Made by a program: the position numbers and the translations under genes. A DNA stretch of 64,000 bases from Candidatus Poribacteria bacterium (lineage in GTDB: Bacteria; Poribacteria; WGA-4E; WGA-3G): positions 4,640,001 to 4,704,000 of the forward strand of contig OZ244048.1 in NCBI GenBank assembly GCA_965215265.1, written 5' to 3'. The notes beneath the pieces were generated by a model. It did no database searches and was not told where the DNA came from. It worked only from the letters and a program-made list of their open reading frames with translations. Positions 9,985-20,665 of the stretch are shown piece by piece; the stretch's first letter is position 1; every line of letters begins with the position of its first letter.

Positions 9985-10728
9985 ATGCAAGCATCTGAAC
10001 CAAAAGCAATTGAGGTGACAGATTTGACGGTCGCGTATCACGAGAAACCAGTCTTGTGGGATATCGACCTCGATGTGCCACCGGGTGTACTTTTGGCAAT
10101 TGTAGGTCCCAATGGGGCAGGTAAAACAACGTTGATGAAAGCGATTTTGGGCTTAGTCCGTCCTGCAGCCGGCAGAATCTTAATTTATGACAAGCCTTAT
10201 GAAGTGCAGCGCCGGATTGTTGGGTATGTGCCACAACGCGAAAGCGTTGATTGGGATTTCCCGACAGATGTATTAGACGTTGTGATGATGGGGCGCTATG
10301 GTAGGCTGGGCTGGATACGACGGCCGGGAAAAACGGAACAGCACCTTGCTAGGCAAGCCTTGGAGAAAGTCGGCATGGAGCTGTATGCCACTCGGCAGAT
10401 AAGCCAACTCTCCGGTGGACAGCAGCAGCGCGTTTTCCTTGCCCGTGCCCTTGTCCAAGATGCAACCGTCTACTTGATGGATGAACCTTTTCAAGGCGTG
10501 GATGCAACAACGGAGCGCGCGATTGTGGAGCTGCTGCAAGAACTGCGTGCAAACGGAAAAACTGTTGTCGTTGTCCATCATGATCTTCAGACTGTGGAAG
10601 ACTATTTTGATTGGGTGATGTTATTGAACATTCGCCGCATTGCGAGTGGCCCTGTTGCTGAAACCTTCACGCCCGAGAATTTGCGGCTAACGTACGGGGG
10701 GCGGATCGCTTTCATGAAAAATTCATAG
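9985..10728 (+). CDS. troB: Mn/Zn ABC transporter ATP-binding protein
   Basis: Walker A GPNGAGKT, signature LSGGQQQR, 'MDEPF', 'HHDL'; SD GGAGG. Confidence 0.92.
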   Translation: MQASEPKAIEVTDLTVAYHEKPVLWDIDLDVPPGVLLAIVGPNGAGKTTLMKAILGLVRPAAGRILIYDKPYEVQRRIVGYVPQRESVDWDFPTDVLDVVMMGRYGRLGWIRRPGKTEQHLARQALEKVGMELYATRQISQLSGGQQQRVFLARALVQDATVYLMDEPFQGVDATTERAIVELLQELRANGKTVVVVHHDLQTVEDYFDWVMLLNIRRIASGPVAETFTPENLRLTYGGRIAFMKNS

Positions 10729-10753
10729 CAGGAATTACGCTCACCTCTTCTCT

Positions 10754-10842
10754 AAGTGATTGAAGAATCATAACCTAGAACGGCTCAGACGAGATTTACA
10801 CACGAGTTATCAAAACAGAGACGTTGATGGTACGGAGATATA
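10754..10842 (+). repeat. ~89-bp dispersed repeat family A, copy 1 (partial copy at 10849-10898, diverged copy at ~10926-10995)
   Basis: One mismatch to 13102-13190 and near-identical to the reverse complement of 36723-36806. Confidence 0.9.
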
Positions 10843-11002
10843 CAAAAAACACGAGCTATCATTACCTAGACGTTGATGGTACGGAGATATACAAAAAAGT
10901 TGCATCTTAGAGTCAATACATCGAAGGGCTCTGACGAGATTTTCACAGTCATTGACAATACATCAGGCGTTATCGGGCTGAAATATACAAAAAAACGAGA
11001 AA

Positions 11003-11986
11003 ATGGAAACTCTAAACAGTATTATACCTCTCGATTATACGTTGATGATTGTTGCCCTCGGTTCCGCACTGCTTGGCCTGGTCAGTGGTGCCCTTGGCAC
11101 CTATGCAGTTTTGCGGCAGCAGAGTCTCCTCGGTGATGCCATCTCACATGCTGCACTGCCGGGCATAGCGATTGCTTTCCTGCTGACTGGAAGCAAGATG
11201 CCACTGATTCTGGTATTCGGTGCTGCGGTTGCGGGATGGTTGGGAACCCTGCTCATTCTGAGCATCGTCAAATTAACGCGTATCAAGTACGATAGTGCAC
11301 TCGGGCTGGTGTTATCTACCTTTTTCGGTTTTGGTCTAGTTTTGCATACGCTCATTCAGAGAACTGGCAATGCGAATCAAGCAGGATTGGATACATTCCT
11401 CTTTGGACAAGCCGCCTCCATACTGGAGCGCGATGTGGTGACAATGGGCATCCTTGGTGGCATCGCAATCTCCGTTATGCTCCTCTTCTGGAAAGAGTTA
11501 AAGTTGCTTGTATTTGATGAGGGCTTTGGGACATCTGTTGGCTTACCGATCCGTGCGCTTGATATTCTGTTGACAAGCCTTTTGGTAATTGCGATTGTCC
11601 TCGGTTTACAAACAGTGGGTGCAGTTTTGATGAGCGCGATGTTAGTTGCCCCGGCGGCTGCAGCACGCCAATGGACAAACCGTCTCGGTCCTATGGTGTT
11701 CCTCGGTGCACTCTTTGGTGCAATTGCCGGTATAAGCGGGACAATTATTAGCAGTAGTGCCTCGCGAATTCCGACAGGGCCGACAATTGTACTGTGTGCG
11801 ACAACCGTCGTCGGATTTTCCATTGCTTTTGCCCCGAACCGAGGGCTTTTGTGGAATTGGTTGCGGCATCAACGCAACAAACGTAACTTCAAGATGTCTA
11901 TAAGTGAAACGGTTAACACTACACAGGTACGCACGCTGTCTCAGCGTGCAAGTGTATCTGTTCCGTCGAAAAAAGAATCGGTGTAA
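11003..11986 (+). CDS. troC: Mn/Zn ABC transporter permease
   Basis: 'SLLGDAISHAALPG', 'FLFGQAA'. Confidence 0.9.
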   Translation: METLNSIIPLDYTLMIVALGSALLGLVSGALGTYAVLRQQSLLGDAISHAALPGIAIAFLLTGSKMPLILVFGAAVAGWLGTLLILSIVKLTRIKYDSALGLVLSTFFGFGLVLHTLIQRTGNANQAGLDTFLFGQAASILERDVVTMGILGGIAISVMLLFWKELKLLVFDEGFGTSVGLPIRALDILLTSLLVIAIVLGLQTVGAVLMSAMLVAPAAAARQWTNRLGPMVFLGALFGAIAGISGTIISSSASRIPTGPTIVLCATTVVGFSIAFAPNRGLLWNWLRHQRNKRNFKMSISETVNTTQVRTLSQRASVSVPSKKESV

Positions 11987-11992
11987 GAAAAA

Positions 11993-13099
11993 ATGAGTCA
12001 CATTGAAATTTTGCTGATTGCTACTGTTGTCGCAGTCGCATGTGCACTGCCGGGTGTATTTTTAGTGCTGCGCCGGATGGCCTTGATGGGTGATGCAATT
12101 AGCCACGCGATTCTTCCGGGCATCGTTCTCGCTTTTTTTTTAACGCACAGTCTTTCATCGCCGCTGCTGATTCTCGCTGCTGCCGGCACCGGGGTCTTCA
12201 CCGTTATCATCGTTGAATTGCTACAGCGTACAAAATTAGTGAAAGAAGATGCGGCAATAGGATTAACCTTCCCTGCGTTGTTCAGTATAGGGGTTATCCT
12301 GATTTCCCGCTTCGCCGGCAATGTGCATCTGGATATTGATGCGGTGTTACTGGGAGAGCTCGCTTATGCGCATTTAAACCGGCTGACGGTTGGTGGTGTT
12401 GATTTGGGTCCTGTGTCTCTGTACGTTATGGGGACGATTTTGGTGGTGAACCTGATTTTTATTTTTCTGTTCTATAAAGAATTAAAACTCGTGACATTTG
12501 ACAGCAGTCTGGCAGCCTCGTTAGGATTCGCGCCGGCAGCTATCCACTACGGATTGATGACTTTAGTCTCTGTTACGACAGTGGGTGCGTTTGACGCGGT
12601 CGGCTCTATCTTAGTTGTGGCCCTCATCGTTGGCCCGGCGGCCACGGCGTATCTCATGACAGACAGTCTGGCACGCATGCTGCTCTTCAGCGGCATCATT
12701 GGCAGCGTCAACGCGGTGACCGGTTATTGGCTGGCCCACGTTTTTGATGTCTCAATCGCCGGTGCGATGGCAACGATGACGCTGGTTATCTTCGGATTCT
12801 GTTTTTTGGTTGTTCCCGGACGTGGGCTCATTGCAATTCTGCGTCGCCGGCATCTGCAGAAATTGGAGTTTGCACAGACGATGTTAGTGATTCATCTGCT
12901 TAATCATGAGGCACTGCCTGAAGCTGCTGAGGAATCGCTTATCTCTCATCTTCATGAACACCTTCGTTGGGAACCGTCTTTTGCCTCACAAATCGTTAAA
13001 TACGCCTTGGGGAATCAGTGTGTCTCCTTGGTAGGCGGCACTTCACTCGCTTTAACAGCACGTGGACGGGGCATCGCACAACGTGCACTTGTTCAATAG
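11993..13099 (+). CDS. troD: Mn/Zn ABC transporter permease with C-terminal wHTH-like extension
   Basis: 'LMGDAISHAILPG', 'VHLDIDAVLLGE'; tail ends in 'LTARGRGIA'. Confidence 0.88.
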   Translation: MSHIEILLIATVVAVACALPGVFLVLRRMALMGDAISHAILPGIVLAFFLTHSLSSPLLILAAAGTGVFTVIIVELLQRTKLVKEDAAIGLTFPALFSIGVILISRFAGNVHLDIDAVLLGELAYAHLNRLTVGGVDLGPVSLYVMGTILVVNLIFIFLFYKELKLVTFDSSLAASLGFAPAAIHYGLMTLVSVTTVGAFDAVGSILVVALIVGPAATAYLMTDSLARMLLFSGIIGSVNAVTGYWLAHVFDVSIAGAMATMTLVIFGFCFLVVPGRGLIAILRRRHLQKLEFAQTMLVIHLLNHEALPEAAEESLISHLHEHLRWEPSFASQIVKYALGNQCVSLVGGTSLALTARGRGIAQRALVQ

Positions 13100-13101
13100 A
13101 A

Positions 13102-13190
13102 AAGTGATTGAGGAATCATAACCTAGAACGGCTCAGACGAGATTTACACACGAGTTATCAAAACAGAGACGTTGATGGTACGGAGATATA
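13102..13190 (+). repeat. Repeat family A, copy 2
   Basis: Near-identical to 10754-10842. Confidence 0.9.
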
Positions 13191-13212
13191 TAGAAAGAGC
13201 GGAGATTAGAAA

Positions 13213-15576
13213 ATGCGAGCTGTTTCAATGTGCGTTCACAAAAGAGCAAAATTGAGAGTTCGTCCGTTTTGCTCTGACTTGCTTTGTCTAATATTCATTT
13301 TTCTTTTGTTGCTTGTCAATCCGCTCGGATTCGCTGACGAATCCGGTCTCAAAAATCCAGATGGGACGTGGAAATGGACGAATCGCCTCATTGATGAAAC
13401 CAGTCCGTATTTGCGACTGCACGCACATAACCCGGTGGATTGGTATCCGTGGGGCGATGAGGCGCTTGCGCGCGCGAAAACTGAAAACAAATTGATTTTT
13501 CTCTCCATCGGTTATTCTACTTGCTACTGGTGCCATGTCATGGAACGGAGAGTCTTCTCAAATCCGGGGATCGCTGCACAGATGAATGCACAGTTTATCA
13601 ATATCAAAATTGATCGGGAGGAGCGGCCTGACTTAGATGAAATCTATATGACAGCAACGCAGTTATTGACAGGTAGCGGTGGATGGCCGACTTCGGTGTT
13701 TCTCACACCAGATTTAGAGCCGTTCTATGCTGGGACCTATTTTCCGCCTACAGATGTACCGGGTAGACCGGGGTTCCCAACCATTCTGACAGCCGTTCAT
13801 GAGGCTTGGACAGTGCGGGAATCAGAAGTTATTGTAGCAGCGAGGGAAATTGTCACTGCGATTGAAAATGCGATGAGCCGAAGGTTCAGTCCAATTTTAT
13901 CTAAACTTCCAGAGCGAGGGCTCGTCGAGACTGCCGTAGAGAAACTTACAAGCAGCTACAGTCAAGCATACGGTGGTTTTGACGGTGCACCGAAATTCCC
14001 TAGTCCTGCCAATTTGGAGTTTCTGCTGAGCGAATGGGAAACCCAGTTAGGAAGTGGTTCAGTCGGATCTTACGAAAAAATGATAACGCATACGCTCGAT
14101 AGGATGGCGTACGGCGGCATCTACGACCAGCTCGGCGGTGGGTTTCATCGGTATTCAGTTGACGAAAAATGGCTAGTCCCACACTTTGAGAAGATGCTCT
14201 ACGACAACGCGCTACTCGCAAAAATCTATCTCCGCATCTATGTCTTAACCCAAGAACCGCGCTATAAACGGATAGCAACTGAGATTTTCTCTTTCATTTT
14301 CCGAGAGATGACAGCTCCTGAAGGTGGATTTTATTCGGCAATAGATGCTGAGACGGATGCAGAAGAGGGAAAATACTATGTCTGGAGCACCACTGAAATC
14401 GATGAAATACTAGGGAAGCAGCATGCAAAACAGTTCAAAAAGGTTTACGGTATAGATAAGGGGCCCAACTTTGAAGGAAAAAATGTTTTGTATATCCCAA
14501 GTGGGACAGACGAGGAGACTCTCAAGGCAGTTGCGTCGGAACGTGAAACCTTGTTAGCAGCGCGTGCCTTCCGTGAACGTCCGCTTCTCGACACGAAGAT
14601 TCTAGTGAACTGGAATGGCTTGATGATAGATGCCCTGGCCTACGGTTATGAGGTACTACGCGAGGAACAGTACCTCCAGGCAGCGCAGAAAGCTGCTCGG
14701 TTTATTCTAAAAAAATTAAGACAGCCTGATGGCGGGTTATGGCATACTTATACGGAAGGGATTGTGAAATACGACGGTTATCTTGTCGATTATGCATTTT
14801 TTGTCCGCGGTCTATTAGGACTGTATCAAGCCACGGGCGAACCGCTTTGGTTGCAGGAGGCAAAAGCGTTAACGAATACGATGATTGAACGTTTTTGGGA
14901 TGACAAGAACGGAGGGTTCTTTTTTACACAAGCCGATGCAGAAGACCTCATCGTCCGAACGAAGAACCCTTACGATTCCGCGCTCCCTTCCGGCAACGCT
15001 GTGGCTGTCAATAATCTGATAACTTTGTCGAGACAACCGTCTACGAAAAATTATCAACAACGTGCCGAAGAAACCTTTATCAGTTTTAGTACCGCGATGG
15101 AACAATACCCTACATCTTTCATGCACATGCTCTCCGTCCTGAACCGTTACCTCTCGAAATCGAAAAGGACGGCATCGTCAGAGCATATCACTGCAGCGGC
15201 ATCTATCCGCTTGACCGGACAGATTTTTAAGGTCGAACTGAACGTCAAAATTGCGGAAGGATGGCACATTAACACCAATCCGGCCGCCCAACCGAATCTG
15301 ATTCCGACGGCTGTTACCGTCGACGCAGCTGCCCCTGTGGAGCTCGTTTCCGTTAAATATCCGCGGGGGGCAGCTGCGCATTTTACGTTCAGTGATGATG
15401 CCTTAACAGTTTACGAAGGAGAGATAACGATTTCTGTACAATTGAGACGCAAACCGAAAGAGGCATCTGATGCAGCGTCCCCGGTCGCACTGCACCTCAC
15501 GTATCAGCCGTGTAACGACACACAATGTTTGCTGCCGAATGTGTTGGAGATTCCGTTAGCGTTACCGGAAGAGTAG
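13213..15576 (+). CDS. Thioredoxin-domain/DUF255 (YyaL/SSP411-like) protein with C-terminal DsbD-N-like domain
   Basis: '[22 protein letters not shown]', CYWC, '[11 protein letters not shown]'; C-terminal 'GWHINTNP...[10 protein letters not shown]'. Confidence 0.9.
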   Translation: MRAVSMCVHKRAKLRVRPFCSDLLCLIFIFLLLLVNPLGFADESGLKNPDGTWKWTNRLIDETSPYLRLHAHNPVDWYPWGDEALARAKTENKLIFLSIGYSTCYWCHVMERRVFSNPGIAAQMNAQFINIKIDREERPDLDEIYMTATQLLTGSGGWPTSVFLTPDLEPFYAGTYFPPTDVPGRPGFPTILTAVHEAWTVRESEVIVAAREIVTAIENAMSRRFSPILSKLPERGLVETAVEKLTSSYSQAYGGFDGAPKFPSPANLEFLLSEWETQLGSGSVGSYEKMITHTLDRMAYGGIYDQLGGGFHRYSVDEKWLVPHFEKMLYDNALLAKIYLRIYVLTQEPRYKRIATEIFSFIFREMTAPEGGFYSAIDAETDAEEGKYYVWSTTEIDEILGKQHAKQFKKVYGIDKGPNFEGKNVLYIPSGTDEETLKAVASERETLLAARAFRERPLLDTKILVNWNGLMIDALAYGYEVLREEQYLQAAQKAARFILKKLRQPDGGLWHTYTEGIVKYDGYLVDYAFFVRGLLGLYQATGEPLWLQEAKALTNTMIERFWDDKNGGFFFTQADAEDLIVRTKNPYDSALPSGNAVAVNNLITLSRQPSTKNYQQRAEETFISFSTAMEQYPTSFMHMLSVLNRYLSKSKRTASSEHITAAASIRLTGQIFKVELNVKIAEGWHINTNPAAQPNLIPTAVTVDAAAPVELVSVKYPRGAAAHFTFSDDALTVYEGEITISVQLRRKPKEASDAASPVALHLTYQPCNDTQCLLPNVLEIPLALPEE

Positions 15577-15818
15577 CGTCTTGCACGTTTTTAGGAAGCG
15601 GTGCTGCTTTTTACGTCTCCTTCAATTCAATATTCTATTTAAAGAATTGTCCCTGCCACTCAACCGCTTTCTCGGAAACGTTCTACAAAAAATGGAGGGA
15701 AGTGAGGATAGATATTTTTTGTTTAAGAAGTTCTCCCCGCTTGCGGGGATGAATTCTTTAATTTAACGGAAATCTGCTATCATGATATACTTAGAATCTA
15801 TCAATAACCGTAATATCA

Positions 15819-16715
15819 ATGAACGATACAATTACTGCGATTAACGGCATTAAAGCAGGACATGCTACGAATACCATTGCATGCACCGGTTGCACAGTCA
15901 TCCTCTGTGAGGCAGGCGCGACAGCAGGGGTTGATGTGCGCGGGGCTGCCCCCGGTACACGAGAGACAGAGGCAATTCGCCCCGGCCGCTTGGTGCAGCA
16001 GGTTCACGCTGTTCTCCTAACGGGCGGTAGTGCATTCGGTCTAGATGCAGCGGGTGGTGTTGTCCAATACCTTGAGGAGCGAAACGTAGGCTTTCCAGCG
16101 GGGCCGGTGCGTGTGCCAATAGTTCCTGCCGCTGTTATTTTCGATCTGGGTGTCGCGTCTGCCGAGCTCCGCCCGGACCGGCAGATGGGCTATCAGGCGT
16201 GTCTTAATGCGACAAGTGGGCGGGTTGAGACAGGCAGCGTTGGGGCAGGGACGGGTGCAACCATTGGAAAGGCCCCCGGACTTATTGCCTCATCGGGGGG
16301 TGTCGGTGCTGCGTGTATCCGGCGCCCGTCTGGTTTAATTGTAGCCGCGCTGATGGTTGTCAACGCCCTCGGAAACGTTGTGAATCCCACGACAGGCGAG
16401 ATTATTGCAGGTGGGAAGGAAGATAAGACCTTCGTTGATGTCACAGAGCGGCTTTTGGATGCAGAACTTTCTCCGGGCACAAACACAACAATCGGCGTTG
16501 TTGCCACAAATGCTTGCCTCTCTCCGGCAGAAGTCAATCGGGTTGCGGAAATGGCACACGATGGTCTCGCACGCTCGATTCGACCTGCCCACACGATGTT
16601 TGATGGAGATACGATTTTCGGGCTCTCTATCGGCAAGCAAGAGGCTTCGGTTAATACGGTGGGCCTGCTCGCAGCAGAGTGCGTGGCAAAGGCAATTGTT
16701 GATGCTGTAACATGA
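15819..16715 (+). CDS. P1-family (S58/DmpA-like) peptidase
   Basis: 'GVDVRGAAPGTRET', 'GGSAFGL', 'NTTIGVVATNA', 'HTMFDGD'. Confidence 0.9.
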   Translation: MNDTITAINGIKAGHATNTIACTGCTVILCEAGATAGVDVRGAAPGTRETEAIRPGRLVQQVHAVLLTGGSAFGLDAAGGVVQYLEERNVGFPAGPVRVPIVPAAVIFDLGVASAELRPDRQMGYQACLNATSGRVETGSVGAGTGATIGKAPGLIASSGGVGAACIRRPSGLIVAALMVVNALGNVVNPTTGEIIAGGKEDKTFVDVTERLLDAELSPGTNTTIGVVATNACLSPAEVNRVAEMAHDGLARSIRPAHTMFDGDTIFGLSIGKQEASVNTVGLLAAECVAKAIVDAVT

Positions 16716-16768
16716 AGGGGTGAGCGCGGGAACAGAACCGGCGTACGACGCGCACGACAGGGCGAGGC

Positions 16769-18166
16769 TTAGTGCTTCCCTAGAGAGAAAATCGGTTCAC
16801 CTCGCATTGCATGTGGAACCTCAATACCGAATTCTGTTAGGACTGTGGGGGCGATGTCGTATAAACTTTTTGGCGATACACGTCCACAAGGTTCGCATCC
16901 GTTGCCTGTTTTGATAATAAACATGCCCATCTGGGCATGGTTGCAATCATCGGGTCCGGTATCGTTTTCGTAGGTATAGATGCTGTTGTAGCCGACACTT
17001 CCTACAGAACGCCAGGAGAGTTCTCCGAAATAGACGATGAGATCTGGTGGTATATTCTGGCATTCTTCGTAGACTTCCTCCGGTTTAAAGACGTGCGTGC
17101 CGATGTTCTTTCCGTTTTCATCTGTAATCGCCTCAAGTGCTGTTTTCAATTCATCACGTCTTTTTTCATAATCTTCAGGTTCAACTATGCCGCACGGTTC
17201 TCTCCCTTTGACGTTCATAAAAATTCGTCCGTAATAACCACCTTCACCCCAGGCTTGTGTCTTTTCCCAATCCACAAGTGCTGGGTTAAACGGTGTCTGT
17301 GCTTTCGGTTGTGCTTTCAAGGTTAAGTATCCGTGCCGTTGTAGCCATTCATTGACGCAGATGCCCCCGTCCATCCGTTTTGCACCGTGGTCGGAAACAA
17401 TCATTACCGTGGTGTGTTCATCAATGCGCTCTAATATGCGTCCCAATTCTGCGTCAAGCATTGCATAATATCGGTGCATCGTGTCTGCAAAAGGCGAATT
17501 CGGTTCGTGCTTAGGGTGCGTTTTATCCGAGAACCGCCAAAAGGCGTGGTGGAGCCGGTCGGGACCCATTTCCACCATGGCGAACAGATCCCAGGCTTTT
17601 GTGTGCAGCAGGTGCCGTGCCAATTTGAATCGTGCTTCGGTCATTTTAAACAGGTTGCGTTCTAATTCGGCGCGCAGGTCTGTCCGGAAGTTGGGGATAT
17701 CAATCATATAATCCTCCGCAACTTCTGATATTTCGTGCTTGAGTCGGTGTGGAAATGTCCACTGCGCATTTTTGTTTGGCGTGAGGAAACTGGTAACCAT
17801 CCATCCTTGAAAAGGTTTTGGTGGGTACGTGAGTGGCACGCCAAGAACGACAGACTTTTTTTGGTAACTCCCTAAGATGTCCCAAAGTGTCGGTACTTTA
17901 ACTGCGCTGGAATTGACGATGTAGAGGTTGTCATAGGAATAATCTTGGCGGTTGCGAAATCCGTAGATGCCGAGTTCCCCCGGAGACCTGCCTGTCATCA
18001 TGCACATCCATGCCGGCACGGTAATAGGGGGGATAGTGCTTTCCAATTCGCCGTAGATACCGCCTTGCATTAACGTTTGTGTGTTGGGCATAGCGTCTCT
18101 GAATTCGTCAAAGACGAGTTCAGGTGCAGCGCAGTCCCAACCGATAATGAGAACCCGTTTCTTCAT
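16769..18166 (-). CDS. Alkaline phosphatase superfamily phosphodiesterase / nucleotide pyrophosphatase
   Basis: 'IIGWDCA', 'STIPPITVPAW', 'DRLHH', 'VSDHG'. Confidence 0.85.
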   Translation of the reverse strand: MKKRVLIIGWDCAAPELVFDEFRDAMPNTQTLMQGGIYGELESTIPPITVPAWMCMMTGRSPGELGIYGFRNRQDYSYDNLYIVNSSAVKVPTLWDILGSYQKKSVVLGVPLTYPPKPFQGWMVTSFLTPNKNAQWTFPHRLKHEISEVAEDYMIDIPNFRTDLRAELERNLFKMTEARFKLARHLLHTKAWDLFAMVEMGPDRLHHAFWRFSDKTHPKHEPNSPFADTMHRYYAMLDAELGRILERIDEHTTVMIVSDHGAKRMDGGICVNEWLQRHGYLTLKAQPKAQTPFNPALVDWEKTQAWGEGGYYGRIFMNVKGREPCGIVEPEDYEKRRDELKTALEAITDENGKNIGTHVFKPEEVYEECQNIPPDLIVYFGELSWRSVGSVGYNSIYTYENDTGPDDCNHAQMGMFIIKTGNGCEPCGRVSPKSLYDIAPTVLTEFGIEVPHAMRGEPIFSLGKH

Positions 18167-18175
18167 TTTTCCTTC

Positions 18176-19522
18176 TCATGCCCAGCGTGGGTTTCTGCCT
18201 CCGAACCTTTGTTCGCTTATGTTCCAGAGCTCGGATAATCCGAGTTGACGAATGTGTTCCAAGCCTGGGAGAAACGGATCGTTTATCTGTATTAACCATC
18301 GTTGCAGTGCCACTTCAAGTTCTGTCTTGAGTTGCTGTGAATTCTGATTGTTGATGAGATTGTTCAACTGGTACGGATCGGCGTAGTTATCGTAAAGGAG
18401 CCAATCTGTTCCGTCTTGATGTCGTGCGTAAGTGTAGCGGTGTGTGCGAATGCCGCGCCACTCTTGAAGTCCTGCATTAACTCCTTCGCTTCCATGCAAT
18501 GGTATTTGAAGTAAGACAGCCTCTGGTTCTTCAAGTGTCTCGTTGCGCATGGCGGCTGAAAGATCGCGTCCTTCTACCCCCTCAGGCACCTCTAAGCCGC
18601 ACAGTGAGAGGAGGCTCGGCATGAAATCGACGAGACTCAGCAACGTGTTGCGGGTAACACCTGTGGGTATTTTCCCTGGCCATCGAATAATGAAAGGTAT
18701 GCGAATGGATTCGTCCCATGGGCGTTCCTTCCGGACGTGTCCTTGGCTGCCCAGCATATCGCCATGGTCAGAAGTGTAGACGATGATGGTGTTTTGGGCA
18801 ATGCCGAGCTCATCCAAGGCGTGCATCAATCTGCCGAGATTTTCATCTAGTGCTGTGATGTGGGCATAGTACCCGGCAATGTCCTCCCGAATTTGAGGGG
18901 TGTCTACGGCATTCGGTCTGAGCTGGAGCTGCTCTGGTGGGTACATCGCTTTGTAGTGTTGAGGTACATGTTCGTATGGGTTGTGGGGCGGTCCCCAACT
19001 CATATAGAGACAGAAGGGTTCATCGGCGTGTTCTCGGCAGTATTGAATGGCGTATTCTGTTTGGAAATCTGGTTCGTAGCCTTCAATCTGCATCTGGTTT
19101 CCGACACTGTCATGGTAGGGGGCATTGAAGTAGTTATGGTGGCAATTCCATCCGAGCCAGTCATCAAAACCGAAGCGCATCTCAGGTCTGATAAACTTGT
19201 CTCTGGGCATGCCGCCGAGGTGCCACTTTCCGATGTAGCCGGTGGCGTAACCTGCGGATTTGAAAACCTCTGCAATTCCTGTTTCAGACAAAGGGAGCGG
19301 CAGGTCATTCGAGACAGCTTTGTGATTTAGCGGATACTTGCCGGTCAGTAGACATCCGCGGGCAGGGACGCATAACGGGATATTCGTGAAAGTATTCGGG
19401 AAGAACATTCCTTCTTGTGCGAGCGCATCCATGGCAGGCGTTTGCACCTGACGGTTCCCCGCACATCCGATGTCACATTGGCGATGCTGATCTCCGAAAA
19501 CAAAGATTAAATTAGGTTTCAT
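18176..19522 (-). CDS. Formylglycine-type sulfatase
   Basis: CxPxR (CVPAR), 'GKWHLG', 'PPHNPY', 'SDHG'. Start overlaps the upstream stop (ATGA). Confidence 0.92.
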   Translation of the reverse strand: MKPNLIFVFGDQHRQCDIGCAGNRQVQTPAMDALAQEGMFFPNTFTNIPLCVPARGCLLTGKYPLNHKAVSNDLPLPLSETGIAEVFKSAGYATGYIGKWHLGGMPRDKFIRPEMRFGFDDWLGWNCHHNYFNAPYHDSVGNQMQIEGYEPDFQTEYAIQYCREHADEPFCLYMSWGPPHNPYEHVPQHYKAMYPPEQLQLRPNAVDTPQIREDIAGYYAHITALDENLGRLMHALDELGIAQNTIIVYTSDHGDMLGSQGHVRKERPWDESIRIPFIIRWPGKIPTGVTRNTLLSLVDFMPSLLSLCGLEVPEGVEGRDLSAAMRNETLEEPEAVLLQIPLHGSEGVNAGLQEWRGIRTHRYTYARHQDGTDWLLYDNYADPYQLNNLINNQNSQQLKTELEVALQRWLIQINDPFLPGLEHIRQLGLSELWNISEQRFGGRNPRWA

Positions 19523-20565
19523 TTTTTCCGCCTCATCCATGTATAGATTTTGCGGAGCATGCCTTCACTTCGCGTCCACACGCGCCTTTTGATGGGTGAA
19601 ACGACTTTGGTGTAGTGGCAGAGATGGGTTTGCTTTGCGCCGTATTGCTCTTTGTGCGCAATCAACCCGCTGTTTTGTGGGGGCGATGCCCCGAAATCCA
19701 CCCAGTCGTAGCCGGTGTTGCATGCCCAGGTGATGATATGGTGAAAAATAGCGTTGTTAGGACGGTATTGTAAAAACTCGGGCAGCGAAGCCTCACACCA
19801 TAATGTCACCGTCCGGTTGAAGTATAGGTAGAGGAGTCCGGCGATCATTTTTTCTCTGTATGTAGCGACAGCGAGTTTTGCTATGTTCCGGCGTAGCAAG
19901 GCTTTCATAAAGGCAAGGGGCTTGGGGGTACCGCCCAATCGTTTGACTGTTGCCAGATATATATTGTAAAAAGTCGTGAGTGCTGCGTCACTATCCATAT
20001 CTATGACTTTGACACCGGATTTTGCTGCCTTCCGGACCGCCCCCCGTACCCGTTTATTGTATGCTTTCCAGAGGGCATCAACATCTGGACTCGTCGCTAA
20101 AAGATGGGTAAAATGCTCTAGCCGTTCATATCCATGTGCGTCCAAAATATGTGCATATTTCACGCTCGCTTGTGCGGAGAGCGTCCAGCGGCGTTCACAC
20201 CATCCATTTTCTATGGATGCGCTTTCAAGATACGTTTCAATTTCGGACATCAATTTATCAGGATTGACTTGTTCTGAATGGATAATCTGTGGTCCACCGA
20301 TTAGGTTCCACGGCATTGAGTGCCACAATCGGATGCTGCGAATCGGTTGAAACACGAACGCTGGCACGCCGCCAATCACTGTGTCTTGCTCCTTAATAAG
20401 CAGATACATCGGAACGAACTGTTTGAATGTCTCTGAGAGTGCGTCGCGCCACGCGAGTGACTGGAAAGCAGTGCTATCGGGACGCTGCTGAACCATCGCA
20501 TCCCAACTTTTGTCATTTTGTGTGGCAAGCGGTTCTAGTATGTACACACCGACATCGTATCTCAA
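19519..20565 (-). CDS. GNAT/FemAB-like acyltransferase
   Basis: 'RGAVRKAAKSGV', 'RPNNAIF', 'DFGAS', 'KEQYGA'. Confidence 0.8.
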   Translation of the reverse strand: MRYDVGVYILEPLATQNDKSWDAMVQQRPDSTAFQSLAWRDALSETFKQFVPMYLLIKEQDTVIGGVPAFVFQPIRSIRLWHSMPWNLIGGPQIIHSEQVNPDKLMSEIETYLESASIENGWCERRWTLSAQASVKYAHILDAHGYERLEHFTHLLATSPDVDALWKAYNKRVRGAVRKAAKSGVKVIDMDSDAALTTFYNIYLATVKRLGGTPKPLAFMKALLRRNIAKLAVATYREKMIAGLLYLYFNRTVTLWCEASLPEFLQYRPNNAIFHHIITWACNTGYDWVDFGASPPQNSGLIAHKEQYGAKQTHLCHYTKVVSPIKRRVWTRSEGMLRKIYTWMRRKK

Positions 20566-20665
20566 AACGTGCTTTTTGTCAATTTTTAATTGCCTTTTTT
20601 ATCAAAAGTCTGCTACAATCATATAGTGAAACCAGGATGCTTGTGATAGATAGGGAGGAGTAACC

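Noticed and set aside
10900-10995. Hammerhead ribozyme core (CTGACGA...GAAA) in the diverged copy of repeat A
   Set aside because: Stems II and III do not pair cleanly, and the near-identical copies read CAGACGA/GAGA. Kept only as a hypothesis.
10754-10995. CRISPR array or peptide-coding repeat (GSDEI...YTKK)
   Set aside because: Units are irregular with no unique spacers and no cas genes. The frame has an upstream stop and no SD.
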